From contig CAWHDZ010000025.1 in NCBI GenBank assembly GCA_963828255.1, positions 32,001-96,000 of the forward strand: 64,000 bases of DNA, read 5' to 3'. How positions within the stretch are numbered: the first letter of the stretch is position 1; each line of letters begins with the position of its first letter. A program made the position numbers and the translations under genes. This DNA is from an uncultured delta proteobacterium (GTDB taxonomy: Bacteria; Myxococcota; Myxococcia; Myxococcales; Anaeromyxobacteraceae). Below, piece after piece: positions 29,021-39,949 of the stretch. The notes beneath the pieces were generated by a model, which saw only the letters and a list, made by a program, of their open reading frames with translations, made no database searches and was not told where the DNA came from.

Positions 29021-31227
29021 GTGCTCGTCGAGGTCGCCGTCGCCGCCGCCGTCCGCGGCACATTCACGTACCGCGTCCCCTCCCGGCTGGCCGGCGAGGT
29101 CTCGCTGGGCAGCCGCGTGGCCGTGCCCTTCGGCAAGAGCCCGCGCGCCACCGGCTACGTGGTGGGGCTGCCCACCGTGCCCCCGAAGGGGATCGAGCTC
29201 CGCGACGTGGCCGGCGTCCTCGACGAGTTCCCCCCTTCACGCAGCCGATGCTGCGGCTCATCCGCTGGGCCGAGGAGTACTACCTGGCGCCTCCCGGGGA
29301 GCTCATGCGGGCCGCCCTGCCGCCGGGGCTGAACGCGCGCGGAGGGGCGTCGGGGCCCACCCGGCGCGGCGTGGAGTTCGCGGCGCCGGCCGAGGGGGCC
29401 GCCGAGGCGCTCGCCACGATCGGGGCCCGATCCCACGCCAGGCGCGCCGTCCTCGCGTACCTGCTGGCGCGGGGGCGCATCCCGGTGGAGGAGCTGCGCA
29501 CGGCCTTCCCGCGCGGCCGGCCGGCGCTCACCGCGCTCGTGAAGGCGGGGCTCGCCACGCTTTCGACCGTGGCCGTCGCCGCAGGAGGGGGCTCGCTCCT
29601 CCCCGCGGCGGAGCACCCCTTCCCCCTCACGGCCGACCAGTCGGCGGCGCTCTCCCGCATCGTCGAGGCGGCCGGCGCATTCCGCACCTTCCTCCTGCAC
29701 GGCGTCACCGGCTCGGGCAAGACCGAGGTTTATCTACAATCCATCGCCCTGGCCCGCGCCGCCGGCAGGGGGGCGCTGGTCCTCGTGCCCGAGATCGCGC
29801 TCACCCCGCAGCTGGCCGGGCGCTTCCGGGCCCGCTTCGGCGACCAGGTGGCGCTGCTCCACAGCGGCCTCTCCGACCCGGAACGTCACGCGGAGTGGCT
29901 GCGGCTGCGGCGCGGCGAGGCCCGCATCTGCGTGGGGGTGCGCAGCGCGGTCTTCGCGCCGGTGCAGGACCTGGGCATCGTGGTGGTGGACGAGGAGCAC
30001 GACCCTTCCTTCAAGCAGGACGACGGGCCGGGCTACCACGCCCGCGACCTGGCCGTGGTGCGGGCCCGCGAGGAGGGTGCGGTCTGCGTGCTCGGCTCGG
30101 CCACGCCGTCCCTGGAGACGCTGGAGAACGCCCGCACCGGCAAGTACGAGCGCATCGAGTTGCCCCGGCGCATCGACGACCGGCCGCTGCCCGAGGTGCG
30201 CATCGTCGACCTCTCGCGCATCCGCAAGGGCGCCCCGCTGCCCGGGCTCCTCTCCCCCGCCCTGCGGGACGCCCTCGCCGCCACGGTCCGCGCCGGACGC
30301 CAGGCCATCCTCTTCCTCAACCGGCGCGGCTTCCAGACGCTGGTCCTCTGCCGCGACTGCGGGCGCGAGGAGCGCTGCGGGAACTGCTCGGTCTCCCTCA
30401 CCCTGCACGCGCGGCGCGGCGTGCTTCTCTGCCACTACTGCGGCCACTCGGAGCGCATGAGCCCCCGCTGCCCGGCCTGCGGCGGGGAGCGGGCCGGGGT
30501 GGGCGCCGGCACCGAGCAGGTCGAGGCGGCGGTGCGGGAGGTCGTCCCCCTCGCCCGGGTGGCCCGCATGGACCGGGACGCGCTCACCGGGGCGGCGGAC
30601 GTGGCCGAGCTGCTGGCCCGCTTCGCCCGGCGCGAGGTGGACGTGCTGGTGGGGACCCAGATGGTCACCAAGGGTCACGACTTCCCGGGGGTGACGCTGG
30701 TCGGGGTGGTGCTCGCCGACACGGCGCTGGCGCTCCCCGACTTCCGGGCCGCCGAGCGCACCTTCCAGCTCCTCACCCAGGTGGCCGGGCGGGCCGGGCG
30801 CGGCGACGAGCCCGGGCAGGTCATCGTCCAGACCTTCCATCCCCATTCACCCGCGGTCGCATTCGCGGTGGGTCACGACTACGCCGGCTTCGCCGAGGTG
30901 GAGCTGGACCGGCGCCGCTCGCTCGGCTACCCGCCCTTCGGCCGGATGATGGCGGTGCGGGTGGAGGGGTCGGAGGCGGGGGCCCGCAGGACCGCCGAGG
31001 CCCTCGGGGAAGCGGCCCGGCCGGCCCTGTCGGCGGGCGTGTCCATGCTCGGTCCAGCCCCTGCGGCCATCGAGCGCATCCGGGGGAAGAGCCGCTGGCA
31101 CCTGCTCTTCCGCGCCACCGACCCGGCCGCGCTGCGCCGGGTGCACCGGGCGCTCGGGCCGGCCGCGCTGCGCCCCCCGGGCGGGGCCGCGGTCCGCTTC
31201 GACGTGGACCCCCACGCCATGCTGTAG
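29021..31227 (+). CDS. priA: Primosomal protein N' (frameshift in C-run at 29230-29235)
   Basis: N-terminal FTYRVP..RVAVPFG in one frame; HGVTGSGKTEVY, DEEHD, SATPS, two Cys clusters, QVAGRAGR in the next. Confidence 0.93.
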
Positions 31228-31310
31228 CGGCCCGTTCGAGAGGCCGCACGGGTCCTGGTGCGCGAAGGGGCAGGCCCGATTATCATGGCCCGGCACCGAG
31301 GAGCTCGAAC

Positions 31311-31868
31311 ATGGTCCGCGACATCATCATCTGGCCCGATCCCCTGCTGACGCAGAAGTCCGTCCCCGTCGACAAGGTGGACGACGGCATCCGGCGCCTG
31401 CTCGACGACATGTCCGAGACCATGTACGCCGCCGACGGCGTGGGGCTGGCCGCGCCGCAGGTGGGCGTCCTGAAGCGCTGCATCGTCATCGACACCTCGC
31501 CCCGGCAGGAGGGGCAGAAGCTCCTCCACTTCGTGAACCCGGTCATCGTCCGCGCCGAGGGGGAGACCACCTACACCGAGGGCTGCCTCTCCATCCCCGG
31601 CGAGGCCGAGGACGTGGACCGCTTCGCAAAGGTCTGGGTCCGGGCGCTCGACCGCTCCGGCAAGGAGTTCGAGATCGAGACCGACGAGCTGCTCGCCATC
31701 GCGGTGCAGCACGAGACCGACCACCTGCAGGGCACCGTCTTCGTGGACCACCTCTCCAGCCTGAAGCGCGGGCTCATCCGCCGGCGCATGAAGAAGATCA
31801 AGGCCGAGCACGACTCCGAGACGCCCGGCGAGGTGAAGAAGGCCGCGCAGCACCGATCGGCGCTGTAG
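31311..31868 (+). CDS. def: Peptide deformylase
   Basis: GVGLAAPQVG, EGCLS, QHETDHL; GAGGAG RBS. Confidence 0.96.
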   Translation: MVRDIIIWPDPLLTQKSVPVDKVDDGIRRLLDDMSETMYAADGVGLAAPQVGVLKRCIVIDTSPRQEGQKLLHFVNPVIVRAEGETTYTEGCLSIPGEAEDVDRFAKVWVRALDRSGKEFEIETDELLAIAVQHETDHLQGTVFVDHLSSLKRGLIRRRMKKIKAEHDSETPGEVKKAAQHRSAL

Positions 31869-32514
31869 CGGCCGGGACCCCGACCTTCGCGCAGAGCCCC
31901 GCCACCACGCAGCCCGTGCAGTCGGGCTTGCGGGCGTGGCAGGTGCGGCGTCCGTGCCAGACCAGGAGCTGGTGCGCCTTTCCCCAGCGCCCGGGCGGGA
32001 GCAGCGCCGAGAGATCCGCCTCCACGCGGTCCGGGTCGGTCTCGCCGCTGAACCCGAGCCGCCGCGCCAGCCGTCCGACGTGGGTGTCCACCGGGAAGGC
32101 GTGGCCGGCGCCGAGGTGCACGAGCACCACGCCTGCGGTCTTTCGCCCCACGCCGGGGAGCGCCTCGAGGGCGTCGCGGGTGCGCGGAACCTGGCCGTCG
32201 TGGTGCTCGAGGATGGCCCGGGCCGCCGCCACGATGGCCTTCGCCTTGTTGCGGAAGAGCCCCAGCGTGCGGACGTGGGGCCAGAGATCCTCGGGGCGGG
32301 CGGCGGCGTAGGCGGCCGCGTCGGGGAAGGCCTCGAAGAGGCCGGGCGTCGCCTGGTTCACCCGGACGTCCCGCGCCTGGGCCGACAGGATCACCGCCAC
32401 GAGCAGCTCGAGGTCGGTCCGGAAGTGGAGCTCGATGCGGGCCTCCGGCATGGCCTCCTCGAGCCGGTCGATCACCCGGGCCGCCCGCCCGCTCTCCGTC
32501 GTCCGCTTCGCCAC
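31798..32514 (-). CDS. nth: Endonuclease III
   Basis: [36 protein letters not shown] Fe-S motif; 3' tail overlaps def. Confidence 0.92.
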   Translation of the reverse strand: MAKRTTESGRAARVIDRLEEAMPEARIELHFRTDLELLVAVILSAQARDVRVNQATPGLFEAFPDAAAYAAARPEDLWPHVRTLGLFRNKAKAIVAAARAILEHHDGQVPRTRDALEALPGVGRKTAGVVLVHLGAGHAFPVDTHVGRLARRLGFSGETDPDRVEADLSALLPPGRWGKAHQLLVWHGRRTCHARKPDCTGCVVAGLCAKVGVPAATAPIGAARPSSPRRASRSRARP

Positions 32515-32552
32515 GGGCGCCGATGCTAACATCCGCGCCCCCTGGAGAATCC

Positions 32553-33584
<1,032 letters not shown>

Positions 33585-33679
33585 CTTGAACCGGCGTTCA
33601 CCCCTTTGGGACTCGACTTCGCCTCCCCTGCGTGGGAGCCTGACCGGAGATCACCGCCTCCAGGAGGGTCGCGCCCGCG

Positions 33680-34528
33680 ATGCAGATCAACCTGCGCAAG
33701 GCCATGTTCGTGCTGCCCAACCTGTTCACGGTCAGCTCGATCTTCCTCGGCTTCTACTCGATGACGCTGGCTGCGGGGGACGCCACCCCGGAGCAGCTCT
33801 ATCGGGCCGCGCTGGCCATCTTCTTCGCCATCTTCTTCGACATGTTCGACGGCCGGGTGGCCCGGATGACCCGCACCCAGTCCGACTTCGGCGTCCAGCT
33901 CGACAGCCTGGCCGACGTCATCTCCTTCGGCGCCGCCCCGGCGCTGCTGGTCTACAAGTGGGCGCTCGCCCCCATGGGGTTCACGGGGCTCTTCCTCTCC
34001 TTCGCCTTCGCCGCCTGCGGAGCGCTGCGCCTGGCCCGCTTCAACGTGCTGGCCGCCCGCGGCGACAAGGCGTCGCACCGGTTCTTCACCGGTCTCCCCA
34101 TCCCGCTCGCCGCCGGCGCGCTGGTCTCGGTGGTCATCGCCCACTACCGGCACTACCTGGGCCCCACCGAGCCCACGGCGCAGGTCCCCATCGCCGTGGG
34201 AGTGGCGCTCCTCTCCTTCCTCATGGTCTCGACCGTCCGCTACCGGACCTTCAAGGAGACCCGGCTCACCGCGAAGAGCTTCGCCACCTTCGGGTTCGCG
34301 GTCGCCGCCGCGGTGGTCATCGGCATGCTCACGCGGGCCTCGTTCGTCCTGCTCGTCTTCGCCGGGGCCTACATCCTCATGGGACTCGTCGAGTCGATCT
34401 TCTTCAGGCACACCATCGAGAAGTCGGCCCTGCCGCCCGCGGTGCAGCGCGAGATCGAGTCGGACGAGGCGCTCGAGCCGGACGACGACGACCTCGAGGC
34501 GAAGGACGAGGGAGACGAGTACATCTAG
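33680..34528 (+). CDS. pssA: CDP-diacylglycerol--serine O-phosphatidyltransferase
   Basis: LPNLFT, DMFDGRVAR...FGVQLDSLADVISFG, LRLARFN. Confidence 0.92.
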   Translation: MQINLRKAMFVLPNLFTVSSIFLGFYSMTLAAGDATPEQLYRAALAIFFAIFFDMFDGRVARMTRTQSDFGVQLDSLADVISFGAAPALLVYKWALAPMGFTGLFLSFAFAACGALRLARFNVLAARGDKASHRFFTGLPIPLAAGALVSVVIAHYRHYLGPTEPTAQVPIAVGVALLSFLMVSTVRYRTFKETRLTAKSFATFGFAVAAAVVIGMLTRASFVLLVFAGAYILMGLVESIFFRHTIEKSALPPAVQREIESDEALEPDDDDLEAKDEGDEYI

Positions 34529-34531
34529 GCC

Positions 34532-35074
34532 TTGGCCTCGTTCTCGCTGAAGAAGGGTCGGCCCGACGGTCCACCGACGCCCTGGGTGATCCTGGCCTCG
34601 TGGGGGCCGTGCGGCTTCTCGCCGGTGGCCCCCGGCACGGTGGGGACGCTGGGCGCCATCCCGCTCTTCTGGGCGCTGCGGCAGCTGCCGCTCGGGGCCT
34701 ACCTGGCCGCCACCGTCGCCCTCTTCCTCCTGGCCGTGCCCGCCGCCACCCGGGCCGGCAGGTACTGGAAGGCGGCCGACGCCTCGCCCATCGTCATCGA
34801 CGAGGTGGTGGGCTTCCTCGTGGCCATGGCCTTCTTCCCCTGGTCCTGGGGGAACGCCGTCGCCGGATTCGTCCTCTTCCGGCTCTTCGACGTGATGAAG
34901 CCCTGGCCGGCCTCGGCCCTCGACCGGGTGAAGTCCGGGCTGGGCGTGGTGCTCGACGACGTCGCGGCCGGGGCGTACGCCGGGTTCGCGCTGGCCTTCC
35001 TCCAGCTCGGCCTCTCCCTCCTCCTGGGCTGCACCGGTGACATCCACTGGTGGTGCATGGAGCTGACCCCGTGA
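34532..35074 (+). CDS. pgpA: Phosphatidylglycerophosphatase A
   Basis: PVAPGTVGT, IVIDEVVG, FRLFDVMKPWP, GVVLDDVAAG. Confidence 0.93.
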   Translation: MASFSLKKGRPDGPPTPWVILASWGPCGFSPVAPGTVGTLGAIPLFWALRQLPLGAYLAATVALFLLAVPAATRAGRYWKAADASPIVIDEVVGFLVAMAFFPWSWGNAVAGFVLFRLFDVMKPWPASALDRVKSGLGVVLDDVAAGAYAGFALAFLQLGLSLLLGCTGDIHWWCMELTP

Positions 35075-36325
35075 CCGACCCGTCCGCCTCTCCCCTGCAC
35101 GTCGAGCTGCTCGCCACCGGCGACGAGCTCCTGACCGGCCAGATCCTCGACACCAACTCGGTCTGGCTCATGGATCGGCTCTGGGACCTGGGGGTCATGG
35201 CGCGCCGCAAGACGCTGGTCGCCGACGACCGGGACGACCTCGCCGCGGCGCTCCACGAGACCACCTCCCGCTCCGACCTGGTGGTGATGAGCGGCGGCCT
35301 CGGCCCCACCGAGGACGACCTCACCGCCGAGGTGGTGGCGGCCGCGATGGGGGTCCCGCTCGAGCTGCACGAGCCCTCGCTCGAGGCCATCCGGGAGAGG
35401 TTCCGGAAGCTCGGGCGGGAGATGACCCCGAACAACGCCAAGCAGGCCCGCTTCCCCCAGGGCGCCACCGTGATCCCCAACCGCTTCGGCACGGCGCCGG
35501 GCTTCCTGGTGCGGCTGGGGCGGGGCGAGCTGGTGGCCCTGCCCGGCGTCCCGGTGGAGTACCGGGGGCTCTCCGAGGAGTTCGTCCTCCCGCGCCTCGC
35601 CGCCCGCACGGGCTCCACCCCCGCCTTCCGGCTGGTGAAGCTCTTCGCGGTGCCGGAGTCGCACGCCGACCAGGCCATGCGCCCGGTCATGGACGACCCG
35701 GGGAACCGTGGCGTCCGCTTCGGCTACCGGGCCCACTGGCCGGAGATCCACGTGAAGTGGTCCGTGTGGGGCGACCCCGCCGAATCCCACGCCGACCGCA
35801 TCCTCGCCCAGGTCCGCTCCATCTTCGGCGACGCCATCTTCGCCGAGGGCAAGGACGAGCTCGCCCCCCTCGTCGTCGCCCAGCTCACCCGGCGCGGCGA
35901 GCGGGTGGCGCTGGCCGAGAGCTGCACCGGCGGGCTCGTGGCCGAGCTCCTCACCCGGGCTCCCGGGCTCCTCCGCCGTCTTCGACCTCGGCGTGGTCGC
36001 CTACGCGAACCAGGCCAAGACCGGCGTGGTCGGCGTACCGGACGATCTGCTGGCCACCCACGGCGCGGTCTCCGGGCCGGTGGCGCGGGCGCTCGCCGAG
36101 GGGATCCGCCGCGCCGCCGGCTCCACCTGGGGCATTGGCATCACCGGGATCGCCGGGCCCACGGGCGGCACGCCGGAGAAGCCCCTGGGCACGGTGTACG
36201 TCGCGCTCGCCGGAACGTCCGGCACCGAGGTGGTGCACCGGGTCTGGCGTGGTGATCGGGACCGGGTCCGCAAGACCACGGCATACGAGGCGCTCGACAT
36301 GCTGCGGCGCGCGACGCGCGGGTAG
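35071..36325 (+). CDS. cinA: CinA (MoCF/ADPR pyrophosphatase + NMN deamidase), frameshift near 35966
   Basis: GDELLTGQILDTN, GGLGPTEDDLT, AESCTGG, then YANQAK, HGAVS, GITGIAGPTGG in a second frame. Confidence 0.9.
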
Positions 36326-36330
36326 CGCCC

Positions 36331-36774
36331 TCAGGCCACCGGCCTGCAGAAGAGGCCGGTGAAGCGCTCCCAGGAGACGAAGCCCCCGCCGCTCTCCATG
36401 AGGTACCCGTGCAGGGCCGCGCCGGCTTGGCCCATCTCCTCCTCCGGCCGGGGGGCCCAGCGCGCGGAGAGACCGGACGTGGTGATCACCCGCGTCACCG
36501 TGGCCCGCAGGCTGCCGGCCCGGGGGTCGAGCGCCGGTCCGTGGTCGATGACGAAGCCGATGAGCTTGCCGATCTGCTCCCGCGCCGCCACGCGCCCCAC
36601 CGCTCCCCCGGCCACGAGCAGGTCGTTCACCTGATCGGGGTCGGCGTCGCGGACCGCGAGCCAGGTGAGCTGCGACTCGGGCACGAGCCCGGCCTTCGAG
36701 AGCAGGGCGCGGCAGCGCACCTCGTCCTCGGGGGCCGGGCAGCGGATGCGGACGATGGGTTCGGGGGTCTCCAC
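36331..36774 (-). CDS. Hypothetical protein
   Basis: GC3-biased coding frame VETPEPIVRIRCP...SWERFTGLFC; GGAG RBS before GTG. Confidence 0.55.
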   Translation of the reverse strand: METPEPIVRIRCPAPEDEVRCRALLSKAGLVPESQLTWLAVRDADPDQVNDLLVAGGAVGRVAAREQIGKLIGFVIDHGPALDPRAGSLRATVTRVITTSGLSARWAPRPEEEMGQAGAALHGYLMESGGGFVSWERFTGLFCRPVA

Positions 36775-36828
36775 GCCGCTCCACCTATCCCACCGCGCGC
36801 CGCCCCGCAACGGCGCTATGTTCCGGAC

Positions 36829-37290
36829 GTGACCGCTCCGCCCGCCACGACCTCCGGCCTGTCCATCGACGACGAGGGGCGCTTCCTCGTGCACGGGGAG
36901 CCGGTCACCCACGAGCGGACGCTGGACGTGCTCTGGCGCGGCCTCGCCCCTGGACCGGACGGCGGCTGGCTGGTGCGCATCGGCCGGGAGAGCGCCCCCG
37001 TCTCCGTACCCGGCACCCCGTTCGTGGTCGTGGCCGTCTCGGAGGAGGCCGAGGGCCGGGTGGCCCTCTCCCTCTCCCTCGCCGGCGGCGCCCGTGAGCC
37101 GCTGCTCCCCGGCACCCTGCGGGTGGGGAAGGACGGCGTGCTGCGCGCCACGCTCTCCTCGGGGCACGCCGCGCGCTTCTCCCGCTCGGCGCAGATCGCG
37201 CTGGGGATGCGGCTCGCCGAGGACGCTTCCGCGCCGGGCGGCTTCCACCTCCCCCTCGGCGGGAAGGTCTGGCCGCTCGGCGCGGAGTGA
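36829..37290 (+). CDS. DUF1285-like hypothetical protein
   Basis: SGLSIDDEGRFLVHGEPVTHER...IGRE...TPFVV...ARFSRSAQ. Confidence 0.6.
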   Translation: MTAPPATTSGLSIDDEGRFLVHGEPVTHERTLDVLWRGLAPGPDGGWLVRIGRESAPVSVPGTPFVVVAVSEEAEGRVALSLSLAGGAREPLLPGTLRVGKDGVLRATLSSGHAARFSRSAQIALGMRLAEDASAPGGFHLPLGGKVWPLGAE

Positions 37291-37298
37291 CGCCGCCC

Positions 37299-38321
37299 CT
37301 ACGACGCCACGGCCACCTCGGCGGGCGGAGCGGAGTGGCCAGACGCGATCCGGGCCACGAGCGAGTCGAGCGCGGCGGGGTGCTCCCGCAGCCACTCGGA
37401 GGCCTTCTCCCTCCCCTGCCCGATGCGCTCGCCGTCGAGGGAGAAGTGGGCCCCCGACTTCTCGACGATGTTGCGCTCCACCCCGAGGTCGAGCGCCTCG
37501 GCCAGCCGGTCCACCCCCACGCCGTAGCGGACGTCGAACTCGGCCTCCCGGAACGGCGGGGCGACCTTGTTCTTCACCACCTTCACCCGGGTGCGGCTGC
37601 CCACCACCTGCTCCCCGTCCTTGAGCTGCCCGATGCGCCGGATGTCGAGCCGCACCGACGAGTAGAACTTGAGCGCCTGGCCTCCGGTGGTGGTCTCGGG
37701 GTTGCCGAAGACCACGCCGATCTTCATGCGGATCTGGTTGATGAAGACCACGGTGGAGAGGTTGCGCGAGACCACCGAGGTGAGCTTGCGCATGGCCTGG
37801 CTCATGAGCCGGGCCTGCAACCCCATCTGCGGATCTCCCATGTCCCCCTCGATCTCCGCCTTGGGGACCAGCGCCGCCACGCTGTCCACCACCAGGATGT
37901 CGCAGGCGCCGCTGCGCACCAGCTGCTCTGCGATCTCCAGCGCCTGCTCGCCGGTGTCGGGCTGCGAGACCAGGAGCTCCGCCACGTTCACCCCGAGCTT
38001 GCGGGCGTAGTTGATGTCGAGGGCGTGCTCGGCGTCGATGAAGGCCGCCACCCCGCCGGCCTTCTGGGCCTCGGCGATGGCGTGGAGGGCCAGCGTGGTC
38101 TTGCCCGACGACTCGGGTCCGAAGATCTCGATGACCCGGCCGCGCGGATAGCCCCCCACGCCCAGCGCCAGGTCGAGGCCGATGGACCCGGAGGGAATGA
38201 CCGGCACCGGCGGCGCCTCCCCGTCCTCCCCGAGCTTCATGATGCTGCCCTTGCCGAACTGCTTCTCGATCGCGAGCACCGCCTGTGCGAGCGCCTTCAG
38301 CTTCTCCGTGACCTTGCTCAT
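37299..38321 (-). CDS. recA: Recombinase RecA (resembles myxobacterial RecA1)
   Basis: [42 protein letters not shown]; start overlaps the comM stop. Confidence 0.97.
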   Translation of the reverse strand: MSKVTEKLKALAQAVLAIEKQFGKGSIMKLGEDGEAPPVPVIPSGSIGLDLALGVGGYPRGRVIEIFGPESSGKTTLALHAIAEAQKAGGVAAFIDAEHALDINYARKLGVNVAELLVSQPDTGEQALEIAEQLVRSGACDILVVDSVAALVPKAEIEGDMGDPQMGLQARLMSQAMRKLTSVVSRNLSTVVFINQIRMKIGVVFGNPETTTGGQALKFYSSVRLDIRRIGQLKDGEQVVGSRTRVKVVKNKVAPPFREAEFDVRYGVGVDRLAEALDLGVERNIVEKSGAHFSLDGERIGQGREKASEWLREHPAALDSLVARIASGHSAPPAEVAVAS

Positions 38322-39844
38322 CCTGCCTCCCTTGCCTCCGTTGACGCCGGACGATCGAGGGCGCGGTACTGAACGGCCTCCAGCAGGTGGCGCGACTCCA
38401 CGCGCGCCGCGCCCTCGAGGTCGGCGATGGTTCGCGCCACCCTGAGGATTCGATCGTGTGCCCGGGCCGAGAGAACGAGCCGCCGGGCGGCCTGGGTGAG
38501 GACCTCCCGCGCCGGCGGTTCGAGCCCGCAGGCCCGCCGCAGCGCCCCGCCCCGCAGCCGGGCGTTCTGGAAGCCGCGCTCCGCCTGGCGGCCCCGGGCC
38601 GCGAAGACCCGCACCGCCACCTCGGCCGTTCCCTCCCCCTGCCCGGCCCGCGAGAGCTCCTCGCAGGGGACGGCGGGGATCTCCACGTGCATGTCGATGC
38701 GGTCCATGATGGGTCCGGAGACGCGGCGCCGGTAGCGGAGCAGCTGGTCGTCGCCGCACAGGCAGGCCCGGCGCGGGTCGCCGAGGAAGCCGCACGGGCA
38801 GGGGTTCATGGCCGCCACCAGCTGGAAGTCGGCCGGGTAGTGGACCGTGCGTCCGGACCGCGAGAGCACGACGTCCCCCTCCTCGAGCGGCTGGCGCAGG
38901 GACTCGAGTACGTGGCGCCGGAACTCGGGCAGCTCGTCGAGGAAGAGGACACCGCGGTGGGCCAGCGAAACCTCCCCCGGGCGTGGCGTCGCCGAACCGC
39001 CCACCAGCCCGGCGTCGGAGATGGAGTGGTGCGGCGCGCGGAAGGGGCGCTCGGTGAGGAGGCCGCGGTCGCGCAGCAGCCCGGCGACGCTGTGGACGGT
39101 GGTGGCCTCCAGCGCCTCGTCGCGACCGAGCGGGGGCAGGAGCCCGGGCAGCCTCCGCGCCAGCATGGTCTTGCCGCTCCCGGGAGGCCCGAAGAGGAGC
39201 AGGTTGTGGTCGCCGGCGGCGGCGATCTCCAGCGCCCGCTTGGCGGCGGCCTGGCCGGCCACGTCCCGGAGATCGAGCGCCCCGCCCGGCAGCTCGAGCT
39301 GCCGCTGCGCGCCGGGGAGGGCGCCGAGCTCCCGCTTCCCCTCCGCCCAGGCCACGAGCTCCCCCAGGTGGCGCACCGGAAGGACGGCGAGCCCCTCCAC
39401 CGCCGCGGCCTCGAGCGCGTTCCCCGCGGGCGTGAGGAAGCCCCGCGCCCGGTCGCGCAGCGCCGCCACCGCCATGGGCAGCACCCCTCGCACCGGCCGC
39501 ACCTCCCCGGAGAGGGAGAGCTCGCCGCAGAGGTGGAGCCCCGCGAGCGGGCGCGGGGGGACGAGGCCGCAGGCGGCGAGAAGCGCCACCGCGATGGGCA
39601 GGTCGAACCCGGTTCCCTCCTTGCGGAGGTCGGCCGGGGCCAGGTTCACGGTGATGCGCTTCGAGGGGAGCCGGAAACCCAGGTTGCGGACCGCCGCGCC
39701 CACCCGGACGAGCGACTCCTGCACGGCGCTACCGGCGAGCCCGACCAGCTGGGTGCGCGGGAATCCGGAGGTGGCGTCCACCTCGACGTCCACCGGGAGG
39801 GCGGTGACGCCGAGGAGGGCCGAGGAACGGACGCGGACGAACAT
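38318..39844 (-). CDS. comM: ComM/YifB Mg-chelatase-like AAA+ helicase
   Basis: [65 protein letters not shown]. Confidence 0.95.
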   Translation of the reverse strand: MFVRVRSSALLGVTALPVDVEVDATSGFPRTQLVGLAGSAVQESLVRVGAAVRNLGFRLPSKRITVNLAPADLRKEGTGFDLPIAVALLAACGLVPPRPLAGLHLCGELSLSGEVRPVRGVLPMAVAALRDRARGFLTPAGNALEAAAVEGLAVLPVRHLGELVAWAEGKRELGALPGAQRQLELPGGALDLRDVAGQAAAKRALEIAAAGDHNLLLFGPPGSGKTMLARRLPGLLPPLGRDEALEATTVHSVAGLLRDRGLLTERPFRAPHHSISDAGLVGGSATPRPGEVSLAHRGVLFLDELPEFRRHVLESLRQPLEEGDVVLSRSGRTVHYPADFQLVAAMNPCPCGFLGDPRRACLCGDDQLLRYRRRVSGPIMDRIDMHVEIPAVPCEELSRAGQGEGTAEVAVRVFAARGRQAERGFQNARLRGGALRRACGLEPPAREVLTQAARRLVLSARAHDRILRVARTIADLEGAARVESRHLLEAVQYRALDRPASTEAREAG

Positions 39845-39858
39845 CGGCCGCGGAGACG

Positions 39859-39874
39859 AGCAGGGCTCGTGCCG
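39859..39874 (-). promoter_or_regulatory. Putative sigma54 promoter of comM-recA
   Basis: Minus strand CGGCACG-AGCC-CTGCT, ending 14 nt before the comM ATG. Confidence 0.6.
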
Positions 39875-39949
39875 CGGCCGGAGGGCGTCGGGACTGGGCG
39901 CGGAGCGGGAAGGCGACCGCCGGACGGACCGGGGCGCCTCCCGCCCGGA

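Noticed and set aside
38367..38383. LexA-like CTGGAGGCCGTTCAG upstream of recA
   Set aside because: Spacing is one base short of the Myxococcus-type box, and the sequence is explained by the conserved ComM codons LEAVQY
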